This document shows positions 57,251 to 64,000 of a stretch of DNA of 64,000 nucleotides, piece by piece. Location of the stretch: positions 168,938-232,937 of the IMG/VR virus record IMGVR_UViG_3300043411_000942. One strand, given 5' to 3'. The notes under the pieces were generated by a model. The model did no database searches and had not been told where the DNA came from. It saw nothing but the letters and a program-made list of their open reading frames with translations. The first letter of the stretch is position 1. Each line of letters begins with the position of its first letter. Position numbers and translations under genes: made by a program.

Positions 57251-57726
57251 AGCATGACGATCTTCAGGTAATCGAGTTCTACAGCCCCAGCAATGCCTAT
57301 GGGGCCTTTTCCAACTTCTCTAAGCACGCAGTGAGTCTTGACGGGAAGACTTGGCCTACGTCGGAGCATTACTTTCAGGCGATGAAGTTTGAGGGCACTC
57401 CAGTCGAAAGTATTGTGCGTAAGGCCTATAGCGCTGGGGAAGCTGCTAGAATTGGCCGTGACCGAAGTAACCCACTCCGTAAAGACTGGGAGGCAGTCAA
57501 GCATGATGTAATGCGTAGAGTTATTTACGCAAAATTCACACAGCATAATGACCTTCGTAAGCTACTACTCTCCACTGGGGACAAAAAGCTTGTTGAGCAC
57601 ACTGAAAAGGATAGCTACTGGGGAGACGGAGGGGATGGGTCTGGGGGGAACATGCTGGGGTTAATCTTGATGGAGACCCGAACTCGCATTAGAATTATGG
57701 CCAACGCACACACACTTGAAGAGTGA
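57244..57726 (+). CDS. NADAR (YbiA-like) family protein
   Basis: FSNF, WPTSEHYFQAMKF, DWE.VK..VM, AKFTQH..L...LLSTG, D.YWG, G.NMLG.ILM. Confidence 0.92.
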   Translation: MVKHDDLQVIEFYSPSNAYGAFSNFSKHAVSLDGKTWPTSEHYFQAMKFEGTPVESIVRKAYSAGEAARIGRDRSNPLRKDWEAVKHDVMRRVIYAKFTQHNDLRKLLLSTGDKKLVEHTEKDSYWGDGGDGSGGNMLGLILMETRTRIRIMANAHTLEE

Positions 57727-57735
57727 GGTGTCTGC

Positions 57736-58068
57736 ATGATGTGCGGAATCGCTAGGTTAGTGTTCAAAGTCATCCCTAAGTCCCCTTATCTTATCCTAGA
57801 GGCTCGGTCCAAGTCTGGTGGAGGTCCTTGGTCCGTGCAGTTACGTTTATGGTCTATGCCTGACGAAACAGGGACGTGTATGGCGAACTATTCGTTCCTT
57901 TCGAATAAGGCTAATGGCCATCTTGGTGATTCGTTTAGGCTTACCCTTGGTAGGGGTAAAGGTGGCGACAGCTCAATCATTCAAGCCCCAACTTTTGACA
58001 CGGATACAGAAGTTATAGAGCTAGACTTCCTTGAGTCTGGAGTTCCACCAAGGAGACTTTTGCACTAG
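57736..58068 (+). CDS. Hypothetical protein
   Basis: GAGG RBS; 110 aa. Confidence 0.5.
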   Translation: MMCGIARLVFKVIPKSPYLILEARSKSGGGPWSVQLRLWSMPDETGTCMANYSFLSNKANGHLGDSFRLTLGRGKGGDSSIIQAPTFDTDTEVIELDFLESGVPPRRLLH

Positions 58069-58122
58069 ACTTTGGACTTCGCTTGGGGTATGTGTGATGG
58101 TAACTTTTCACTAGGAGATGAG

Positions 58123-58461
58123 ATGACTACAGAAGCTACAGTAACTGAAGAAGTTCCGACCCAGAAGAAGGTCCTGACGATTGAGGACCCCATTGACGAG
58201 GAGACCTTGGAGCGATTCAAGACCCTCCAGGGGGTTCGGATGCAGTGTGCGGAGCGACTTTTGGATCTAGAGCAGGAGAAGGTTCGTACCCTCCGTATGG
58301 CAGCTGGAATTGACCAGGACCGCCAGAAGGTGTTTGAGGCTCAGTTGGTAGCTCGCGGGCTTCCACCGAACTTCCCCGTCGAGATCGACGCTACCACTGG
58401 AAAGATTACTCCCGTGATCACTGGGGACGGGCAAGTTGAGGCTGTTGACCAGCCTTCCTGA
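58123..58461 (+). CDS. Hypothetical coiled-coil protein
   Basis: AGGAG RBS before ATG 58123. Confidence 0.7.
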   Translation: MTTEATVTEEVPTQKKVLTIEDPIDEETLERFKTLQGVRMQCAERLLDLEQEKVRTLRMAAGIDQDRQKVFEAQLVARGLPPNFPVEIDATTGKITPVITGDGQVEAVDQPS

Positions 58462-58476
58462 ATTCTGAAGTGAGAC

Positions 58477-58516
58477 GTAGAGGGGGAGTGAGCTAACGGC
58501 TTACTCCCCTTTCTAC
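58477..58516 (+). terminator. Stem-loop terminator
   Basis: GTAGAGGGGGAGTGAGC-TAACG-GCTTACTCCCCTTTCTAC. Confidence 0.6.
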
Positions 58517-58534
58517 TTATGTCCTGTACCAAGT

Positions 58535-59887
58535 ATGGTAGGGCAAAGAGACCGAACCCCTCAGCTACTGGAGATGACAAAGCTCCCGTGGCCAGCACCC
58601 CCACTAAACATCTTCATGTTAGATGGTACGAGAGGAGCTATAGACCTCCGGTGGGATGACCCCGCTATCTTGTCATTGAACAGTGGGTTTCAGCTTCTTG
58701 GGGTGAATGTCTACCGGTCGTTCGACTCTGAGTTTGGACCTTACCATCGGATATCCGACCTACCCATTGGGGCAACCTTTTGGAGAGACCAGACAGACAA
58801 CGAGTTGATTGTAGAGGAGGATGTATCCTCAAGCTTCATCCTATTTGGCGCCTCTCGCTCTGCAAGTGGGTCTGATGCTCCTAGATATGTATTCAAGACC
58901 CTACACTACCCCATCGTTAAATCGGGAAGTGACAGAGGGCAACCTACGAACACTCCTGGGGATGTTCGAGTTTTCGTGGATGGGGTGGAGGCAAGAGTCC
59001 TTCGTGTGAGTGGGGCTACGGGCGAGGTTGAGCTTGACGCCAACATCTACACAGAGGTTGGCCGTCAGAAGACCATAGCTCCTATTCTGCCCACCACGAC
59101 AAGCAGGGTGACGTGTACGTACCTTTACCCAAGGTCTGTACTCAAGACAGACCTGAGTCAGCGTATCTTCTACCGCGTTACCACGGTAGGTATTCCTGTA
59201 AGTTGTAACCCGGCACTCGCTACGGCTCAAGACCTCGTGGAGACCCCACTAGAGCATGCTGCGGCTACGAATACGTTTGAGATAGAGAAGCTTGACTATA
59301 TCTGGAGGGAAGCCATCCGCCGAAATCGGTGGATCCTTCAGCAGGGGGGAGAGAGAGCCAGCGTCTTCCTTCGTAAGAATGTGGGCGTCCCTTGCACATG
59401 TGTGTCCCCTCACCACAAGCAGCCTATCTCCGACTGTTACCTGTGCTACGGGGTTGGAGTTGTTGGGGGCTATGAGGGGCCCTATCCAATCCTGATTGCC
59501 CCAGATGATGCTGAGGTGGCTATTCGGCAAAAAGAGACAGGTCGTGTCCAAGAGCACACCTATGAGGTATGGACAGGCCCCACCCCTCTTCTTAGTCATC
59601 GTGACTTCATCATGAAGGTCAATGGGGACAGGTACTCGATCGGCCCCGTACGGATGCCCTCTAACCGTGGTAACATCCTACAGCAACACTTCTCTATCTC
59701 ATCCTTCGATGACAAGGACATTCGATACAAGGTGCCAGTAGGTAACCCTGTAAAGTACGCTGCTACTCAGTTTGTCCCATCTGGCCCAGAGCATGCAGCA
59801 AGTCAAGAGATTACGAACAACCCCAATGTTGGGGATGAGCGTGAGCTTAAGGGGCGGACTTTGGCTTGGAAGAACCAGAACACGTAA
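58535..59887 (+). CDS. Neck/head-closure-like virion protein with FN3-like N-terminus
   Basis: P.PP.N, LRWD.P, GVNVYRS; C-terminal GE....F.RK..G..C.C......C..C.G.G..GGY. Confidence 0.55.
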   Translation: MVGQRDRTPQLLEMTKLPWPAPPLNIFMLDGTRGAIDLRWDDPAILSLNSGFQLLGVNVYRSFDSEFGPYHRISDLPIGATFWRDQTDNELIVEEDVSSSFILFGASRSASGSDAPRYVFKTLHYPIVKSGSDRGQPTNTPGDVRVFVDGVEARVLRVSGATGEVELDANIYTEVGRQKTIAPILPTTTSRVTCTYLYPRSVLKTDLSQRIFYRVTTVGIPVSCNPALATAQDLVETPLEHAAATNTFEIEKLDYIWREAIRRNRWILQQGGERASVFLRKNVGVPCTCVSPHHKQPISDCYLCYGVGVVGGYEGPYPILIAPDDAEVAIRQKETGRVQEHTYEVWTGPTPLLSHRDFIMKVNGDRYSIGPVRMPSNRGNILQQHFSISSFDDKDIRYKVPVGNPVKYAATQFVPSGPEHAASQEITNNPNVGDERELKGRTLAWKNQNT

Positions 59888-59896
59888 ACTACTTAT
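59885..59896 (+). promoter_or_regulatory. Candidate phage late-promoter motif TAAACTACTTAT
   Basis: Copy of the recurring motif, 15 nt before ATG 59912. Confidence 0.4.
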
Positions 59897-59911
59897 CCGT
59901 TGGAGCTGAGT

Positions 59912-60490
59912 ATGGCAAGCAAGTTAACCGCCTTCAAGAACGCAGTCCTCGCCCGCAATGTAGTGGCTCGTGTGTTGGAGGCTACTGAGTTTAAGTCCCC
60001 AGAAGCTCTCAAGAAGTACCTCCATGACCATCCAGATGCTGATAAGTCCAATCACTCTGTGAAGAAGCAGGATAAGGAGGATAGTGGTAAGGAGGACAAG
60101 AAGAAGAGCAAGGCTCACCTTAAAGAGGTTCATGACTCCCTTCGCACTAGTGGTGCAATTGACAAGTTGAAGAAAACTTTTCGAGAGACAGGTGGGGATT
60201 TCGAGCTACAAGAGTCCAGCATTGCTGGAGGTAAGGGTGGCCATCTGGGGTTGGTATCAGGTAAAACCAAAGAGAAGGTTGACCTGGACTACACCCTATC
60301 TGATGGCGAGATCGAGATAACCATGAAGTACTCTGGCAAAGACGGGAAGCCCTACACTCAGAAGCTAAAGAAGCCCTACAAGAACGATGGGGATCTAGCC
60401 TCCCACGTATCGGATGCCGCAGAGGACCTTATGGCTAAGATCCCGGAAGAGAAAGTGGAGAGTAAGGGAGAGAAGGATCGGGATTACTAG
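59912..60490 (+). CDS. Charged hypothetical protein
   Basis: ATG 59912; ARNVVARVLEA N-terminal motif. Confidence 0.65.
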   Translation: MASKLTAFKNAVLARNVVARVLEATEFKSPEALKKYLHDHPDADKSNHSVKKQDKEDSGKEDKKKSKAHLKEVHDSLRTSGAIDKLKKTFRETGGDFELQESSIAGGKGGHLGLVSGKTKEKVDLDYTLSDGEIEITMKYSGKDGKPYTQKLKKPYKNDGDLASHVSDAAEDLMAKIPEEKVESKGEKDRDY

Positions 60491-60511
60491 GGACTAAGCT
60501 GAGGTACCCTC

Positions 60512-61009
60512 TTGTCCAACCTAGCTAAAGTATACGGGAAGCCATTAGTCAAAGGGGTAGCTGCGACTCCTGAGCGGGCACTCAAGTTACTTAAGCAGGA
60601 CATCCTACAGAGGGTCCGAGCCAAGCTACTTCAGTCTACATTCTCGGACAGGGCCAAGAAGGCGTTCTCCAGGTCCTTGTCAGTCAAAATAGGCAGCTCT
60701 TCGCTTACCATCCGGTCCAGCCACCCAGCATTTATCCTCTTGTTGAGAGGTCAACGTAAAGGTCAGATGACCTGGCTCGTGAAGGCTAGGGCTCCTATTC
60801 CTATCATTACGGACACTGGAGAGCTTATTTTCCGTACAGCCTCTGCAAGGTCTATGTTGAATGGTAAGTGGATTCACCCAGGGAGGGGCCCATTCGACTT
60901 TGTGGAGAAAGCTAAAGCAGAAGCCAAGGCTAGGATTCGCAAGGGAATTATGGAAGAGATACGTAGGACTGTAGCTCAGTCCGCCAGACAGAATGGAAGA
61001 ACTAGATGA
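60512..61009 (+). CDS. Basic virion morphogenesis/tail-completion-like protein
   Basis: Arg/Lys-rich; W.HPG....FVEKA motif. Confidence 0.5.
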   Translation: MSNLAKVYGKPLVKGVAATPERALKLLKQDILQRVRAKLLQSTFSDRAKKAFSRSLSVKIGSSSLTIRSSHPAFILLLRGQRKGQMTWLVKARAPIPIITDTGELIFRTASARSMLNGKWIHPGRGPFDFVEKAKAEAKARIRKGIMEEIRRTVAQSARQNGRTR

Positions 61010-61647
61010 ACTTAGGCGATATCGTAGTGTGTGGTGTGACCGAAGACATCCTCTTGGATGACATCAAGTTTATGGTGCCCAAAGGAGAAGCTGTCACAGT
61101 GCCAGCGGACCTTGTTGTCAGGTCGACAGACTTGTACCGGCAACTATCCGTAGGGGCTATATTCCAGTTGAATAAGAACAGCCGTGGGCTCCGACCGAAC
61201 TCCCCACCAAAAGAAGAGCCCCTGGAGAGCCCTTCGCTACAGCCTGTAGTTATGGCAGCTCAGGTAGAGATTGAGGCCCTGAAGTCTGAGAATGCTCGAC
61301 TTGCAGAGGAGAACAACATCCTTCAAGAGAGGGTTTCCGTACTCACCCGAGAGGCTTCTCTACTTAAGGATTCCTTAGGTATTGGGGAGAGGTTAGACCA
61401 GATGATGGTCATGTTGAAGAACGGGGTTGCACAAGGGCCCTCCGTACTTCGCACCTCGAACCTTAACGGCGACTCATTTCCATCCTCGGAAGAGGCTCCA
61501 GTATTCATCCCATCCCAAATCAAAATGGATGATGTTGACACCTCTAGGTTGAGTACCCCTGAATCCACAGAAACTACCTCAGGAGCTGGGGTGTCTAGGG
61601 CTGCAAACGCACTACGTAAGTTGAAGGTAGAGAAGGATAAGTCATGA
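61006..61647 (+). CDS. Hypothetical coiled-coil protein
   Basis: ATGA-coupled ORF. Confidence 0.65.
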   Translation: MNLGDIVVCGVTEDILLDDIKFMVPKGEAVTVPADLVVRSTDLYRQLSVGAIFQLNKNSRGLRPNSPPKEEPLESPSLQPVVMAAQVEIEALKSENARLAEENNILQERVSVLTREASLLKDSLGIGERLDQMMVMLKNGVAQGPSVLRTSNLNGDSFPSSEEAPVFIPSQIKMDDVDTSRLSTPESTETTSGAGVSRAANALRKLKVEKDKS

Positions 61648-62291
61648 CTATTAGAGACCGCATCGCCAAGTTAGTTCAGGTCACGGCAGCAGCTGCTATC
61701 CTTTGGAAGTACGTAGACGAAGACGGCAAGGACTTCTACCTAGCAGAGAAGAAGACTGGCACCGTTCGTAGTCCTTACTCCGGGAAGAGCTTTACTGCGA
61801 AGCCTGAGAGGTCCTCTCTTGGGGATGTAAGCAAGGAGCAAAAGGAAGACGGGTCGAAGACCAAGGGCTCACTCTTCAAGTACACGGATGACGAGGGCAA
61901 CGACTTCTATCTCCCAGAGAAGAAGACCAGCACCCTAAAGAGCCCCTACTCCGGAAAGAGCGTCACCCCTAAGGCGGAGAAGTCTACGTTGAGTGACGTA
62001 GGCAAGGACCTGAAAGAGAAGATTGCAAGCTCACCCATGCAGTGGGAGCTTGCCTCGGACATCCTCGCTAAGAAGGAAGCTCACCCTGCGTTGAAGGTCC
62101 TCCAGGTCCAATACGCGAAGATTCTGGAGGGGTTGGAGGAGGCCGCTCAACGATCAGCTCGAATGAAGAAGGTGGGCGTAGGGGCTACGGAAGACCCAAC
62201 TTTTATCATGGCTCATGTGGTCCCAGAGATTCGTAAGCTTGGGGAGAAGTGTCTGCTTGTTGCTAAGCAGCTAGAGGAGAAGCTCGATTGA
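61644..62291 (+). CDS. Hypothetical protein with internal duplicated domain
   Basis: Two copies of KY.D..G.DFYL.EKKT.T..SPYSGKS.T.K.E.S.L.DV.K. Confidence 0.7.
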   Translation: MTIRDRIAKLVQVTAAAAILWKYVDEDGKDFYLAEKKTGTVRSPYSGKSFTAKPERSSLGDVSKEQKEDGSKTKGSLFKYTDDEGNDFYLPEKKTSTLKSPYSGKSVTPKAEKSTLSDVGKDLKEKIASSPMQWELASDILAKKEAHPALKVLQVQYAKILEGLEEAAQRSARMKKVGVGATEDPTFIMAHVVPEIRKLGEKCLLVAKQLEEKLD

Positions 62292-62968
62292 ACTGGAAAA
62301 CCTCAGCTGACGCTACGCAGGCGATCTGGCAAGACCCATCCTCTTACGACCCCTATACGCAGGGGCCTCCATACCTCCCAGAGAGCCCTTCACGACGTAC
62401 AGCGTCTCAGAAGGTTAGCTCTGAGTTTGGGTTGCCAGAGGCACTAGCGGCCCTTCGCGCCCTAGCTATGGTCCACCAAACGCACCATTGGCTTACTTCA
62501 GGGCCAGCCTTCTACGCAGACCACCTTCTCTTTGAGCGCCTCTACACGGATACGGTTGGTGAGATTGACAGCATCGCTGAGCGAGCTGTGGGAACTGGGG
62601 CTGCCTCTAGTTCCATCCACCCCGTGGTTCAAGCACAGCAAGTTCTGAATGTGCTTGGGACCTGGAACCTCCAAGAAGACCCTAAGTCCTATATCGCTAC
62701 CAGCCTTGTTGCGGAACGATGGGTTCTTGCTCAGTTGAAGCAAGTCGTAGCGACGATGAAGGCCACAGGCGCGCTCTCGCGTGGTACCGATAATCTACTT
62801 GCAAGTATTGAAGATAAGCACGAAGAGCACGTTTACCTTCTTTCTCAACGTAGTAAGGTGGGGCGTTGGAAAGTCCAAAGTACTGAGGCTCGTCGGGCTG
62901 AACTCGAAGTACGTGGTTGGAAGTATGTTGAAAACCCAAAACCTGCGAAGTTTGTGGTAAGGCTTTAG
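62288..62968 (+). CDS. Dps/ferritin-like protein
   Basis: HQTHHW...GP.FYADHLLFERLY.....EID.IAER and EDKHEEH.YLL, a Dps-like iron-binding pattern. Confidence 0.8.
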   Translation: MNWKTSADATQAIWQDPSSYDPYTQGPPYLPESPSRRTASQKVSSEFGLPEALAALRALAMVHQTHHWLTSGPAFYADHLLFERLYTDTVGEIDSIAERAVGTGAASSSIHPVVQAQQVLNVLGTWNLQEDPKSYIATSLVAERWVLAQLKQVVATMKATGALSRGTDNLLASIEDKHEEHVYLLSQRSKVGRWKVQSTEARRAELEVRGWKYVENPKPAKFVVRL

Positions 62969-62994
62969 AGGTAGGGTTAGGAGATTGAAATCAG

Positions 62995-64000
62995 ATGTCA
63001 AACGAAAAAGAGTACGGAGTTGGCGTGGATTTGGGCACAATGAATATTTTGTCCGCTCGGCAGGTTGATGGGAAAGTCACAACCAAACGAGTAAGGGACG
63101 CGTTCATTGACTTGGACGGAGAGGCTAAAAAAGCCCTCAAGATGACGAAGGTGGAGTACATCGAGAGAGACGGTCAGTTGATTGTCATTGGAGACTCAGC
63201 CCTGAACATGGCCAACCTCTTTAAGCGAGAGGTACGTCGACCCCTAGCGAAAGGCGTTGTTGCGGCTGGGGAGTTCTTGGCTCAGGAAGTCTTGTCTTTG
63301 ATGATCTTCCAAGTCTTACAGGAGCCATTGGTCGACGGAGAGCACTGCTTCTACAGTATTCCTGCGGCACCTATTGACATTCCAGACCAGGACGTCACTT
63401 ACCACCGTGAGGTCTTCCGCAAGATCATAGCTGAGTTTGGGTACACCCCCCACCCGATGAACGAAGCTATGGCTATCATCTATAGCCAGTGTGCAGAAGA
63501 GCAGTTCTCGGGGCTATCGGTCAGCTTTGGCTCGGGTATGTGTAACGTGGCACTCGCCTATCAGACCATGATGGGTATGGAGTTCTCTATGGCTAGGGGT
63601 GGGGATTGGATTGATCTCCACGCGTCTAAAGCCACTGGAATGACAGCTTCCCGTATTTGCGCAATCAAAGAAAAAGGAGGTTTCAATCTTGCTAACCCAC
63701 CGAAGAACAGTCGTGAGGCTGAAGCGATATCTCTCTACATTCGTAGCCTCATCAGCTACAGCCTGGAGAAGATCGCACACCAATTCCGTAGGGACGCAGG
63801 CAAGATGGAACTCTCGGACCCAATCCCATTCGTAGTGTCAGGTGGGACCACGAAGGCGGAGGGCTTCATGGATATCTTCAAAGAGGAGTTTGAAGCCATG
63901 AAGAAGAAGGGTTTCCCAATCCAAATCTCCGAGGTTCGACAGGCGAAGGACCCTATGACGGCAGTAGCAGAAGGCCTTCTTGTCCTAGCGATGCAAGAGT
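62995..64000 (+). CDS. Actin-like (MreB/MamK/FtsA-type ASKHA) ATPase, runs off the window end; not in ORF track
   Basis: Hand translation: MSNEKEYGVGVDLGTMN, SIPA, NEAMA, SFGSGMCN, RGGDWID, IKE, VVSGGTT, AVAEGL; AGGAG upstream. Confidence 0.88.
   Translation, partial: MSNEKEYGVGVDLGTMNILSARQVDGKVTTKRVRDAFIDLDGEAKKALKMTKVEYIERDGQLIVIGDSALNMANLFKREVRRPLAKGVVAAGEFLAQEVLSLMIFQVLQEPLVDGEHCFYSIPAAPIDIPDQDVTYHREVFRKIIAEFGYTPHPMNEAMAIIYSQCAEEQFSGLSVSFGSGMCNVALAYQTMMGMEFSMARGGDWIDLHASKATGMTASRICAIKEKGGFNLANPPKNSREAEAISLYIRSLISYSLEKIAHQFRRDAGKMELSDPIPFVVSGGTTKAEGFMDIFKEEFEAMKKKGFPIQISEVRQAKDPMTAVAEGLLVLAMQE

Noticed and set aside
63514-63783. Minus-strand 89-aa ORF
   Set aside because: Antisense shadow of the actin-like gene on the plus strand.
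1-64000. Stop-codon reassignment
   Set aside because: TAA, TAG and TGA all end genes that abut their neighbours, and conserved proteins are full length in code 11. The fractured and split genes are separated by whole genes, not single stops.
1-64000. tRNA, rRNA or other structured RNA genes
   Set aside because: Intergenic gaps are short and none showed a cloverleaf or known RNA pattern by eye; tRNAscan-SE/Infernal not run.

Overview
This 64 kb window is a densely coded, almost entirely plus-strand segment of a large tailed (jumbo-type) bacteriophage using the standard genetic code. 1-14.1 kb is a replication/recombination/transcription module: RuvC-like resolvase, RecA, an SbcC/Rad50 ATPase split into two separate genes around an SbcD/Mre11 nuclease, a PD-(D/E)XK exonuclease, a beta-clamp-like protein, a primase core, a DnaX-like clamp loader, a NusG-like/5'-3' exonuclease fusion and a tandem sigma-region-4 HTH protein. 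15.9-54.3 kb is a head/virion module: terminase large subunit with a LAGLIDADG intein in its Walker A motif, a type IB topoisomerase, putative portal, prohead protease and Gln-rich scaffold, the major capsid protein, HU, many virion proteins and several free-standing endonucleases. 55.7-64 kb holds small accessory genes (NADAR, Zn ribbons), putative neck proteins, a Dps/ferritin-like protein and an actin-like ATPase that runs off the window end and is missing from the ORF track. The strongest finding is a fractured virion gene at 52070-54319 that appears to be rejoined by an atypically split intein (29-aa IntN, 132-aa IntC), with a TnsA-like endonuclease gene sitting between the halves. Also notable are a pervasive [KR]-x-A motif in virion-module proteins (candidate protease/packaging signal), a degenerate capsid-protein paralog in the replication module and a candidate late-promoter motif. 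All family assignments are by-eye motif recognition; no database searches were run.
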